A stretch of DNA of 64,000 bases, from the NCBI RefSeq assembly GCF_964204645.1, contig NC_134025.1:9548001-9612000 (forward strand). Reading direction: 5' to 3'. A program made the translations under genes and the position numbers. The DNA is from Tubulanus polymorphus (lineage: Eukaryota; Animalia; Nemertea). The notes beneath the pieces are model-generated. The model was not told where the DNA came from. It saw only the letters and a list, made by a program, of their open reading frames with translations, and did not search any database. This document shows positions 50,334 through 64,000 of the stretch, in pieces (within the stretch, counting starts at the first letter, position 1; each line of letters opens with the position of its first letter).

Positions 50334-52646
50334 CTCCCCGCACTAAAACCAGAGATAAACCTGGCCAAATACTCTGGAAAGCGTAAGATTTAATGAATCA
50401 ATCAGATTTACATTTTTACTCTTTAAAATTTGACCCGGCCGGCCATCTATCTACCAAGATATTACTTTAAAATCATGATCAAAGCTAACCATAACAGACC
50501 CGGCAGAAAGAAATTAACTGATTACAAATTTCATTGACTTATGAAATGACCCGACCGATCAGGAAAAACAAGGCATCATTTTTAGCCTTATAATAATGAC
50601 TGATTATTCAATAATAAAATTACTAGCTTTTAATATCACATATCATGCAAGGTATTTCAAGGTTTTTATTCAAATTTCCACTGCAACTGACAATTTGACA
50701 TTTTATGATGTCACCGGGCATAAATGACACTTGATTATTTCATGAAATATGAAGCACTCTATCATATCAACTATTCAGCAAATGACAATGTAAGAATGAT
50801 TTCTGTTTATACAAAAAACTTCAAAACATATCTCCAGCATATAAACATTAAAGCTGGACATAAAACCACAAATTCATTCAAATAATCAATCTCTAATTTC
50901 ATTTCATCAACATTATTTTTACAAGAAAACTGAAATTTTGCAAACTTTGCTTTGTATTCGAGGAATTATCAGTTCTTCGTTAACCAATGGGGGAACTGTA
51001 TTCGAAAAAAAAACAGTTCAACATAAAAGCATTAAAATCAGAGATAAAACCTAAAGATTAACTCTGGAAAGCTTGAGATAAGCTAATCAATCTTTATTTT
51101 CATTTTCATTAAAATTATTTTCCAAGATGACTAGAGTTTTACAAGATAACTAGAGTTTTTCTAACTTTGCCTGAGATTTTCAAACATTATCAGTTCGCTT
51201 ATTTAATACAACGTTATTTCAGGGAAAACATGACAATAATTTTACTATCGATAACTAATCACGTTTATAGCTGTTTAACATTCTTTCTGAAAAAGAGTAA
51301 AATGTATCTCCCAGATATTATCCCTAAAACAATTAACAGTAACAGCAGTGATAGGGTGTGATATATAGGTAAATGGACGCATGATCTTTCATCAGTTATT
51401 TGAAGCATTCTATCGAAATAGATATTCATTAGTGCGTTTGATTTAGTTAAGGTTTATGGTTATTTGTTTTGTTTATTACTGAGCCAATAGAATGCTTAAA
51501 ACAACAACAGAAAGGATCTCAAGAGGTTGGGAAACACGGAGAAGGTTGTTCTATGTGAAGAACCTTTAATAATGAGATTAAGTTGATTAGAAAAATTCCT
51601 GATGATGAAGGCCCTAGAACTGAACTAATTGTTTGTTGGTTTTGTTTATTTTTTTATTACTTATAATTGTATTTATTTTGTTATGTATTTTTTATTTATT
51701 GTTTTTTTTTTATTTATTAACTTTTTAGAATTATTTTCTAAGTATTTGTACTATTTATTACTATTCACATCATCAGGAATTTTTTACCGGTGAAATTATG
51801 GCCTCACTTAAAAAAAAGTGCTACAAATTCACTGCTGCACCTAAATAATCGTTTATTAATAAACACCCTGATTTGAAGTTAAGCGATCATTGAAAGCCAC
51901 TCAACATTATGATATGAGTGATGATTGAAGAATATTAAACAGCTATAAACACAATTAAAATGTTCAAAATTATTGCTGGACATTATTATTTATTCCTTTA
52001 TATCACATTATTCCTAGCTTTACCCCTCTTAAATATACCTCAGTGGATACAATGTACTAAGATATAAGTTTTCATATACCAAACTATGATCTACATGGAA
52101 GCTCAATGCTAAAACTTTTGTGAAAATCGAGATATTCTACTCAGTCAAATCGCTTTTATGGGCATTCGAAAAAAATTATGGCATCAAAAAATACATCAAC
52201 ACTTTGGTATTTAAACTTATCATTTGTACACAGAACACTGCCTTACATTATATCCTATGTTTTTCTTAACTACGTGATGATATTCGAGGGCGTAGCCAGT
52301 CTATACTGAAGGGCCACTTTTTCGCCAAGGAATCATTTTCAAAACATCTTTATTCAAAGCCCATAAACTAATCAGGTATCAACTTCCTGTATTGCATTTA
52401 AAAGTTGCAACCATCTAACTGACTACGCTCTCCCTTTTGAATATTTAGGCTATGCAAATCATTTTCACTGTCAGGAAATATAAAATGAATCACTATTTCT
52501 AAGAGACCAAACTATGTCATTAATACAAATCATGCAAAGCTATGTATAACTAAGTATGAAGATTATCTGAACTATCCTATCAGGTGTATTTTAAACGATG
52601 TACGTCGAACCAAAATAAATCAATACTTTACATATTCTACTGACGT

Positions 52647-52960
52647 TGCTGCTCCTGAATAAGTGTTTATAAGATACACATTGTCTGTGCTGCTCCTGAA
52701 TAATTGTTTATAAGATACACATTGTCTCTGCTGCTGCTCCTGAATAATTGTTTATAAGATACACATTGTCTGTGCTGCTCCTGAATAATTGTTTATAAGA
52801 TACACATTGTCTCTGCTGCTGCTCCTGAATAATTGTTTATAAGAAACACATTGTCTCTGCTGCTCCTGAATAACCGTTCACAATATATTTACATTGTCTC
52901 TGCTGCTCCTGATTAATTTTCTATATATATAGCGGTAAGACAAGCATTGTCTCTGCTCCG
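52647..52960. repeat. Minisatellite, 41-44-bp unit, about 7 copies
   Basis: Head-to-tail TGCTGCTCCTGAATAATTGTTTATAAGATACACATTGTCT(C/G) units with no spacers, degenerating at the 3' end. Confidence 0.92.
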
Positions 52961-54262
52961 CCTATTGAGGAAGAAATCCGTCATTGGGTGATAAACCGCT
53001 GCTGGCTGAATTTCTCATCTGGACTTCTAGGCCTATGCAGTTGAATTCAAGTTGGACTCTGAATAAAAGAAGATATCCTGTAATGACGAAATATTTCATT
53101 TAGAATTTATCGCAATAATTCCATCTATATTAAGTTACCTTTTATGATTGCCGGGTTCATCATCGGCGAGGGTCTCCTAAGTTGGTTATATAATTTTACA
53201 TATTTTTTTGTCATTTTTTCCGTGTAAATAGTCCGAAAGTTTACAAGGTTGAAAATAATTTTGTCTAATTTTTTTGTCATTTTCTCAGTGTAAAATTTTT
53301 TCAAAATTGGAAATCGAAGTACAGATATAGTTGTGTGATCGGGGAACGATTTTACATAAATTTTGTTTTCTTTAAAACCAAGCACATAATTGGGAAATTC
53401 GGTGCCGGTTCATTCAATTAATCTTCCAACCAGTCTGAACCGGCAAGCTACTGTTTGGGGTCAATTAAGTTGACTGCCTATTTTAATACATCGAGATTTG
53501 GAATATCTATATTACAAGGTTGAAGATCATTTTTTACATTTTATGACTAGTTGATTTATAGTATAGCTGAAAAAAAGAGCAGAATCTTGTGAGCAGAAAA
53601 TCCTTCGAATATCACTGATCATGATTAACGTTTCCAGCAATGTGGACCGGTAAGTAGATTTTGATAGTCAACTATCAAACAATATTTATATGAAATTCAA
53701 TTCATATTCTAATTCATCCATATTCATTCTAGATATCTAAGCAACGGTTGATTACTATAGTTTAACAACAACTATAAATAAAAAATTAATTCGGCAAATT
53801 AATTCGGTATTAACGAAATCAAAATTGTGTGAGGTCTGAAATACATGACAAGCAAACCCGCTTTCAGGTTTAAAGTTTTTTACATCTAATTTGTGCTCTT
53901 TTAGATACAGATAAATAAATGTGCTCAGATACAGATGTATCAGCTACATTTTAAATGTCCGTGGACCTGAATTAAAAATAATTTTACATAGCATATTGAA
54001 TTTTAACCTTAATCGTAGATATCTAAGTAATACGTTAATGAGTAATTCATCTTAGATTCTAATTGTCAGTTAAACAATATCTATTAGGCCTATGCGTCAC
54101 TTGACACACAGTATGGTTTTTAGATACTATTTGAATCAGTTAGATTTTGGTAAAGATTTGGTTAGAACCTGGAAGAAAGAACGGATTAATAAACACGGAA
54201 CAGTACAGGACAGCACGGAGACGAACAATAACACATAAAACATAAAGACGTCGTTCCTCAGG

Positions 54263-54318
54263 AAGCAGGAACAGCAGGAGCAGGAGCGGGAGCGGGAGCG
54301 GGAGCGGGAGCGGGAGCG
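54263..54318. repeat. (GGAGCR)n hexanucleotide repeat
   Basis: caggagcaggagcgggagcgggagcgggagcgggagcgggagcg. Confidence 0.85.
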
Positions 54319-56212
54319 CAGCGAAGATCGCCAGGAGGAGAATCCACGGTAGCATGTTCACAGTGTGAGTAAGCTGAGGTGAATGGCCTATGCTTGTGTA
54401 CACCGTGGTCAGCCGGTGACGTATTCAATAGCGCGTATAAATGATATCAACAACTCTGAAAAACCGCAATTGTGTCTCTATTGTTGAATGGATTTACATT
54501 ATGAAAGGTTCCAGCGCCGGTTTGAATACGCGCCAGTAGTAAGCTGAACAATATAGTGGAGGAACTTTGAAAGGCCATGAAATAAATTACTTGATTCCCA
54601 ACCGCTACTTCCGAATTTATCAGTTTATAAGCCGCCGCCGTTTTTTTTTCTTAAATTCTAGAATAATTTATAAATTATACCGACCGATAGCACTTCAGTT
54701 AAAGATTCACACGAACACAGGTCTTCATATCATAGAAACCGCGTAAACATTTACTAATGAAATTAGTTTATTAGTCACAACTACGTTAGGCAGTTCATGT
54801 ACCCCGAGATAACTAACTCACATCATGCACGAGGAACTCGGTCTATTTGAGTCATTGGGGGAAAACCCACTAATACCATGTATTCATGATTAATCATCAT
54901 TCATACCGTTACCACAGAATCCCGTCAATATACAGATTTTCATCTAAAAAAAACTCCTTGATTCAATTGAGGGGAGACATATTAGGCTTTTTTAATTACT
55001 TGGAGCACCGATCCTCTGAAATTCTGCACATGTATTTCAATCATTTTTTGACGCCTTATAAAACGTTACCATTATGAAACCTTAACAATGCTAACCATTC
55101 AGCGTCATTTTACAAACACAACCGTAAATCGATGTGCAAAACAGGTTTATGTGTACACATACAAGCTATTTGGCAAAATATTATTGATAAAGATGTAGAA
55201 TGGCTCCCTGTGATTATATAATGACCTCTATTTGAACGTCGGAATGTTATATTGCATTGAATATCATGAGAAGACGTATTGTAATAGTAAATGATGTATG
55301 ATTATATCAGGAGCGGCAGGCATAAATAGAAATAATAAGTAAATCGGATTATTCGGTTAAATGGCGGATGTATACACGATTTGGAAGTCTGATATAAAAG
55401 TCAGACCCTGTCATGGGGATGCTAGTGGAATGACGAAGCTATCTACGATCTGAGTAGGGCCGGCGTGAATTTCATCGGCGGCTACAAGCGGTCTATATAA
55501 AAACGTGTAAACATATAATTTTAATATTCAAATGTTTTAGAAAATATGTTCGATATTAGGGGTATGCAGGTTTCACGAGATTAGCAATTTATAATAGCAT
55601 AGCTGTCATATACGGCTCCGCGTCCACTGATGGCATGTGTATAAGGTGACAATTCAATTCAATACTTTATTGATCCTTATTACATTGAAATTCCGGGATA
55701 AAATTCCCAAATTCCATAAGGTTACAAATTTTAAACTAAGAAAATACAAAATACAAGACACACGGGTAATTCATACAGAATAACATGAATAAGTTATTTA
55801 AATGACAATGTCTACTTCAACCCAGACTCAAGTCTAGGATATCGAGTGACAGCCAAACCGGGCCCCGGGACCGGGCCGGCTGGCTACACGATATGCTCGA
55901 AGTCATGATGAAGCAGACATCAGAAGAGCTCTTTCTTCAACCATGGAGGCAATGAAGTTGCAGACCAGCTTAGAGGCAAAAGTGAATCGAAGTCGGTCAC
56001 AAGTTGACAATTTTTTTAAAAATTAGACCAGTCGAAGACTGTATCATCTACCCAATCGCCAAATCTCATAATTCCCCAAATTTCTTAAAACTTCGATTTC
56101 AAATTTGCAATTCCACATTAGCTTATCCCAGAAATTCTACATTTTTTCGCAGGCGTCAAATAATTTATTAAAGTTAATTTTCTTGTTCAAATTATCCGCA
56201 GACTCGCCTCTC

Positions 56213-57019
56213 TATGGAATACCTCAAGGGCCATACGACTTACGAGTTACGTTTTACGAGTTACGTTTTACGAGTTACGATTTACGTTTTACGAGTTACT
56301 TATACATTTCCTTGAATATTCGTTACGACTTCCGTTTTATGAGTTACGAATTACAACGTAAATACGTTTTACGAATTACGAGTTACGATTTACGAGTTAA
56401 GTGTTGGAGTTTCGGTTCGCAAGAGTTCAAGGACAGTGGCCACGTGGTAGGCATTTCACTGTGTGGGTGTAATTATTAGACGAATAACTGTAACGATGAT
56501 GGATGGCTGTATGCAGCCCAGTGTTTTCAAAAAATAAATACATTTTTTTCTAAATTGATGAATCTTGTTCTAATTATCAAAATCATTTCCAGCTAAGATC
56601 TATTGAAATATTGTCTATTAAAATCATCGTGCACGTAACGGGGCAGTCATCAGTCAGTGTGAAATGTATTGTCAGCATTTATAGATTTTGAGAAGGTTCG
56701 CACAGCAGATGGCCAACGCGCAGATTTTCTGCCCTGTAATAGACCACTGCAGTCGAGATTGATTCACTATGTACAATAAAATACTCTTATTATGCTGTTT
56801 GAAATGACAATTCGACTTCATTTTGAAACCCGTTCTTTGAATTACGCGCTTCGGATATCCGAAGCCAAGTGAAAAACGTGTAATTCGTAAAACGTAAGTC
56901 GTAAATCGTAAGTCGTAACGTATTGTAGGAAATGTATTAGTAACTCGTAAAACGTAAATCGTAACTCGTAAAACGTAACTCGTAAAACGTAACTCGTATG
57001 GCCCTTGAGGTATTCCATA
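56213..57019. mobile_element. Non-autonomous DNA transposon, IS3EU-like, copy 2 (opposite orientation to copy 1)
   Basis: Same TIR, perfect 6-bp TSD CCTCTC, and a body near-identical to the reverse complement of 41194-41991. Confidence 0.88.
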
Positions 57020-57455
57020 CCTCTCCCGTACCTGTACATATTTATAGATGTCAAACTGTATTCTGGTTCTCTCGTTTTTCCGAACCTAGTCATGGACGGA
57101 TCACGTGCCGAAAAACACCACTTTCCCACAGGCACAGGCTTTACGAAATGTGATACTGTTCAAGAAGCGCGCAAAATATTTATGTCGAAAAAGCCACCGG
57201 TGTTGAATGTGCAAATAAGAATCAATAACCGGTACTGATGGGTTTGCGATGATTTATCAATATCAATTTATTATCCGGATGATTATTGAGGATGATATTT
57301 AGATTTTGAGCTCTTTGTAATTTCAACTAAAGTAATTAATTACTCAGTCGGGTGTTGGCTAACAAAATGATTTATGCTGCGGAATCTTATAAACGATTGA
57401 GTTCATAGATACGTATGGAATTATTTCAACGCAATCAGTAAATATGAAAAATAAT

Positions 57456-57643
<188 letters not shown>

Positions 57644-58819
57644 GCTTGATATAAGCGCTTGATGGAAAATATTCAACGCTAGCTGTGGTATCTAAGATAC
57701 TTTGATATTGGTCCTCGTGAGTCTTTAACGAATCAAACAAAATCTACAAGTTAATTTTCTATTCTGAAATAATTTATTTTAAACAACCAACAGGATGGAA
57801 ATACAAGTACGATACACGATCGAAGGTGATAAATACACCCAAACGGAATTTGTACAACAATTTAAGCACATTATAACACATTAACTTATAATATATAGAC
57901 ACCAAAGAAAACAACTTGTAAATCAACCTAAACATCTTATTGAAAAATGTCCACAAAAACTCTACATTATCATCATAGTTATCAATACGTATCGAGTACA
58001 AGTATATTTTATACAATCAAATATATCGGGTAGTACATTGTATAATACAGAATAACGCTTAACATTTAAACAGTGATTATGAACGATGGAAAATGAAAAT
58101 TTATTGCCTTGTAAATTCATTCAATTTAAGGACAAAAAAATACGAGATTCTATTCTTCTACAGCAACCGATACAAACAGTCTTCATCTGCCAGCAGAAAA
58201 ATTGGCTCGGCCTTAATCAATATACAAGAGGATTTGGCACACTTGTAGCAGCCATAGTTAGCAATATACCATGGTTGGTTATAATTTTATGATGCAGCAT
58301 AATATGTACACATACATTTAATTAAAATTTTTTCACACTATACAGGTACATACAAAACAGATATACCGGTTTTGTGTGGCTGGAAACTTTCATCATCTGC
58401 ACAACAGTTAATAGACAGAATTTCAACAAATGCTTTGCCAGTTTAATCAGCCTGATCGAATGGTGTCTTAGTTCAAGGAGTGGCTTTTTTTACAGAAAAC
58501 AATGTTAATCCCATGTCAAAAAACAACCACGAATTTTTACCTCATCCTATGTTTGAATTTTCAAGCTTATGAGCTAAGTGAATTTCTTAACTTTTCAAGA
58601 CTCATGCACCCCCTCCCCACCTCATAGGTAGGTAACATATCAGAGGTTCACATTTATTATAATTTACTCTTTGATGGTTATGAATACTTATATTGAAATT
58701 CCTTTTTCCTTTCCCTGAGATGCCTAACAACATTTTGATTTGATACAATTGTGTAAATATCCACGGGAATCTTTAAAATGTCCAAATAAGAATTATGCGA
58801 TACAGTGCAGAATGAGAAC

Positions 58820-61800
58820 TCAAAACGGTGGAGGACCATCTGGCCAGTCTAGCATTGGGTCAAACGACCGTTGAAAATTGTTCATTAACATACAACTGTA
58901 ATCTTGTTCTGACATCGGGACAAGGCATGCGACTCCTAAGAGAAGCAACATCAGCATTTGTAGTGGCACGGCAGTACGGAATACACGCGACAACAATGGC
59001 ACTTCCGATTGGTCGATGTCATCAGTGAACGCCATTGGACTGAAAAATAGTAGAAAATGTTGTCTAGAATTTGAATATTTTTTCAATTTACCATTGAATA
59101 TACAGTACTTCTTTATTGATCATAATGTTGGCTACCTCTCAACCCATTTAATATAAGAAAACAAGACAGAGCAAAACTGAATGTTCCAGAATATAATTTC
59201 GATGCATCAATATAAGCATCATAAAACAATTGAGACAACAGCATTAACAGTTGCTATCTTTGGCGCATGAAGCAGGTTGATATTTGCAGTTACAGGGAAA
59301 ATAAGAAGGATGCATGTGATTTCTACAAGCACTCACACCAAATATAGTACTTAGGCTAGCTAGGCTCAGCATCTCAAACAGTCGTGATTGGAATTGAAAC
59401 AGCCAAAAAACTGGAGGCTGAGAATCTCACATTGTTCATCGCTTTTGATTGACATGTCGAGCCCTGCTAAAAGTAAGATGAACTTCTAGCATTTTATAGA
59501 ATCACTTATTGCCAAGTTCTTGCTTCACATAGATGTATGAATATGATGCATGTACAAAGTGAAAATCTTGTCATGTACACTGCCAACTAGGAGCTATCAT
59601 TCTGTCAAAATGATGATTCCAGGTGATGCCGATGAAAACTTATTTTCTGATTGAAAATCGTGGAATGGATTAATCAAATCTTATTTTTTCATCAACTCTG
59701 GAGATTATTTTGAAACGTATGATAATCAGAAGCATAGAAGCTATATGTATCAGGACAAGCTATAAAGTGTACATGTGTGTAGATAAGAGAAAAGAATATT
59801 TTTCATAATGCAATCATTCACAAAAAATGATTGCCCTATGATAATTAGATGGTCTGGTCCCCCAAAATATGAGGATTGGATTAGTTCTTCATTAGAATAA
59901 ATCCCTGATGGTGATGTGGTCTTTTCTATAGATATGGCAGTTCAACATATACATGTACTACGCACTATATTGCCACCTTTTCTCAGTATTCATTCTTATG
60001 AATTATATCTTCACAGAAAAAATCAGAAATCTAGTGAGTGATGTTGGGCTCATATGGAAAGCCAATAGCATGTGTAGTTAATTTCAATTCATTCATTTAA
60101 GTCCGCAGAACTGTATATAAAATCCTATACTTGGGATGACCATTTACATGCAGCACAGTTGATGCTTTGAAAATATATTTTTCATGCCATTTGTAAACGT
60201 AATAGATGGATGAATAATACAGAAGATGTTCCAAATAATAATGTCTATTGACTTAGGAACTAGACTCTACAAAACGCCACTAAACAAAACTGTACCAGTG
60301 AAAAATATTTCTTGAAAAAATTACAAATATCAAAAAATATTATACTTTTTCAGAGCATCAAGTTATTGCATAATATGCACAAGCAATACGATATAGTGGT
60401 ATATGTATATATGTATGTATGTACAGACAAAGCACACAGAAAAGGATTCAATACTTGTCAACTGCTGGAACTCCAGTAGAACCAGTAAATGATCGACTGA
60501 CTACAGAATATGGTCGATTCCTCAAACGAAGAAGCTAGGTAACAAAAGAATTCAGATGAATAAAATATTCGGACATAGCTGCAGTAATGAATGTGACGTG
60601 AAAGGATACATTTTCTAGATATTGAAAAGTGACCCATTACTAGACATTACAGTTAATCCGACACTAGGTCCTGATAATGAGGATCAAGGATTGGAAATAT
60701 TACTCTTTACATGTAGTTAATTTATCTAATTCAAACACTCAATTACACACTCAATAAGTTATAAAATATTTGTAACATTTAAGGTAACCATTGCCTTCAA
60801 TTCAACTGATAATAATCTATATTATACCGCTATCAACACAGTTTAATTCAACATGAAACATAGTATTCATTCATTACCTGTGGAGATGGAAATTTATGAA
60901 TTTCAAGTCTTGCAGTAGGACTCATACTTCCACATACAGTTTCGACACTCGAGGTAGGATGGAGACTAGAATGTTTCTGCAATGAGAAAAGACTTTCGTA
61001 TCTATAATCCACAGCAAGGATGAAAATATTAGAAGGTAATGTTTAAAGAATGGTGTTATATATATATATGCAATCAATTGAATGAACTCTTAGGTCTAGT
61101 CACAAGGCTACCACTGATATGAAAAATATATCTTTCATTTCGGTTTGCATGAGAGCAACTTACTGCTATTAGTTGTTCAGTGTTAATAACTTTGCCTAAT
61201 TTAGCTATTTGAGTTTTGCAGATTTGCAGTAACATTTTGATGCGATTGACAATCACACGCAGTTTTTCCTTCGCACTCAGCGCATCTTCTGAATCAGTGT
61301 TCACAAGCAGTTGATCAGCAGTATCTTTCAGCGAGAACACACGGGGCTGGGATGATTCAAGTTCCCGCTTATAGTCCTGAAAAAGTAGCAATAGTTGAAT
61401 TTATCGATTGCAGATCATGCCAAACGATACATTTATCTCAGTAAATATGTCATCCAATGCAAGTAGTCTAAATCTTGGACCTAGTGAAGTACTTACTAAG
61501 AAAACCATGCATGTACTTTTCAGCTTTTCATGGTCATCATCCAAATTTATACGTTCATGAATTCGTATTTCATTCTCAACAGTTTCCAACCAGCGTAGTA
61601 GGTCATGCGTGGTTTGGTGGAACTCGTGGCTCTGCATAAGTGCCACCTGCAATTCCTTTTGCCACTGCGCTGCTTTGGCACAAATACGCTCCCAACGCAG
61701 GTTCATCTGGTGCAAAGTCTCCTTCAACTGTATGACATCATTGCTGTTGCTTTTCAAGAACTTTTTGCTGCACAGATTCAGAGACAGAACAATAGCTTTC

Positions 61801-64000
61801 TTACTGTCTAGTACCATGAGGAAATCCTAAAAATACAAGATCAATAGTTATCATCAATAGTTAATCTTTATCAATCACTATATAATGAATAAAACCAATT
61901 AGAAACTTACTCTATGATTTTTGATAGCCGTCTCTAATTTTGAGATGTCTGACAATACATTGATTTGTGTTTTCTGGATATCTTCTGCTTCATTTAGCCA
62001 AACCAATACTGATTGTTGGTCAAACTTGAACTGGTTCCACTGTTGCTGTGATTGTGATAATCGAGCATCTTTCTCAGATGCTTGCACCTCTAAAAGCTCC
62101 CATCTATGGACAACACCTGAATGGTTAATAGAACAAAATTGAACTATATACGCAAAACATGTTTATGCTCCCAAAAATATCAATTACACTATAATTTAAG
62201 CTACCTTGTACAACAGAGTCTCCGCCAATAGCTTCCGACAGCCCAGATTCCTGTCTAATATGTTGTTCAATCAATTTTATCTGATCAATATCAGCATGAC
62301 ATCCAGACAAAAGCTTGCTCTGAAGGAGAATAAAATATTCTCAAAATCAACTAAATTCTCTTTTCTTATACAATGTACATCTACATTGTAAGTATCTGCC
62401 TCAACTGTGGATTTTATAAATAGTTTATTTTTTCTACTTACATAACCCGTCTGTTCCATATTCTCTATATCAGGACCCACAGGTGTTGGTGCTCGTATGA
62501 TTGTTTCAGAAGAGGCAAGTTTCTGGCGTATTTTCTGAATCATATCTTCTAGCTCAACAAGATAATCCTCGACTTTGGCCATCTTGTTTTGAAGTTTCGA
62601 AGCTTGTTCACGGGCAGGGTGGCGCCTTCCTAGTTTAGGTAAATTGTCTGGAAGAACATTGAAGTTTACTGAATGATTGCAACAAAATATTCCTAACTAT
62701 ACATAATAAGTATTATGAGAAATACTACCTGAATAAGATTTTGAAGCTTGGCTTTTCTTAGGTGAATTAGATGCATCATCTACTGGCAATTTGTATGTAA
62801 CATGAACTGGACTTACATCAGCGGATGCTGTTAAGTACTGCTGCAGTTAGAAAGGGAGTAAAGTATTTTAACAACAACCCGGATATTCAAATAAAGGTAC
62901 ATATGGTTAAATATTCGAAATATTTTTACAATATTTAACTCCACGTGAAGGGAAAAAAAATAATATTTTTCAGTATTTATTCTTACAAATTTCATCTTTA
63001 CAGAAAAAATCAGAAACCTAGTGAGTGAGTATAAATTATGAACACTACTCAACAGAATTGGAAATTTCTTCAAATTCTAAGACTTGTAAAACATATCAAA
63101 ATCTTTCTATTTCAAGTGCTATTTGGGCACATATTGCATACAATTTCAGTATCCAAATCCATGTCGTCTTGGTGTTCTTTCACCGATGAGGACTGTTGTT
63201 TCTTTGATAATCTCATCTTGCAAGTTGTGAGTCTCTTCATAAAACTGCCAACACATTTATGAAACTCCTCCAGTAAGTCATCCACCTCTACAGCATCACT
63301 AGGCTCACACCGTTGCATTAAGTATACAGCACATTCATCCACGAAACTAATCTTACTTGACTGGCTGTTGAAATCAACTTCTAGTTCCTAAGTCAATAAA
63401 CAACCATGAAATAAGCACACGATGGAATGAATTCACTTTATTTTTAGAAAAAGAATCTTTGAAGATATACCTGCAATTGCTGTAACTTTGCTTCGTGTGT
63501 TCCCTCCGAAAAATGCTCAATGTTTGTCAGCTGGATGTCCATTTCTGTCAGCCAAACTTGAAGACCTTGACTCACTTCATCGAAGTATTCTCTAGTCTTC
63601 AGTAAATGCCGCATTCGATGAACTGCTGCAGTCGAAAACTTTGACAACGCATCCCACCGTTTATTCATGTTGTAGACTGAGGTTTTGATGTCGCTACTAG
63701 TGTCAATACAACTCTCACGGGCAAGATGGCGGTACTGTTTATTGAGGAGTTCTAGTTGTGAAAGTTTGTCATACAAATCCCTTTGGAAGATCTGTAACAG
63801 AAATACCAATTTATAAAGTTGAAAGATTTTAATTCGCATTGGCCTGCGACATGAAGAAATCATAACGCCCCTGACTAGAATTCATAATTTCTTGCTAGCT
63901 ATAGCGGAGAAAACTTTCAACACACCTCATAATGTCTGACTTCATCTTTTATGACGGCAAGATCTACTTGGGTTGATTTTGGAGTTTTGCTGATTTTTTC
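58820..64000 (-). CDS. SYNE1: Nesprin-1-like spectrin-repeat KASH protein, 3' end (5' part beyond window)
   Basis: Spectrin-repeat exons include [17 protein letters not shown] and [18 protein letters not shown], characteristic of the nesprin-1 C-terminus. The terminal exon encodes TM + KASH: [55 protein letters not shown]-stop. Confidence 0.93.

Noticed and set aside
52647-52960. CRISPR-like array
   Set aside because: The units abut head-to-tail with no unique spacers, the context is eukaryotic and no cas genes are present. It is an ordinary minisatellite.
54140-54403. 87-aa ORF with LPLPLP and a signal-peptide-like stretch, or RS/ER repeats on the plus strand
   Set aside because: Explained by the GGAGCG hexamer repeat, with no supporting exon structure.

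Overview
Gene-dense, AT-rich, short-intron eukaryotic DNA from an invertebrate animal; a lophotrochozoan origin is my inference only. I spliced these genes by hand: MyD88 (-, 3' end off window), HTD2 (-), NAA20 (+, with a U12 intron), an intact DhaK-domain-only paralog (-) head-to-head with full-length TKFC/DAK (+), an orphan 268-aa gene (+), cytosolic MDH1 (+), FLACC1/ALS2CR12 (-), C19orf47 (+), SYNJ2BP/OMP25 (-) and the 3' end of nesprin-1 with its KASH domain (-). Mobile DNA includes an apparently intact autonomous PIF/Harbinger transposon (29-bp perfect TIRs, TAA TSD, spliced transposase and Myb/SANT genes) inside a nested stack of elements. There are also Helentron-type non-autonomous elements, IS3EU-like and Merlin-like MITEs, and a family of tiny palindromic inserts. 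Three observations stand out. (1) The MDH1 stop is UGA-CGG, followed in frame by RANSRL-stop, a cryptic readthrough-dependent peroxisomal PTS1 with a different context from vertebrate UGA-CUA. (2) The 11-exon DhaK-only gene keeps the catalytic His but has no ATP-binding domain and is divergently paired with TKFC, so it may be a sensor or regulatory subunit. (3) A 100%-identical 151-bp inverted repeat brackets the MDH1 promoter and exons 1-3. All gene models were made by eye and need RNA-seq confirmation.
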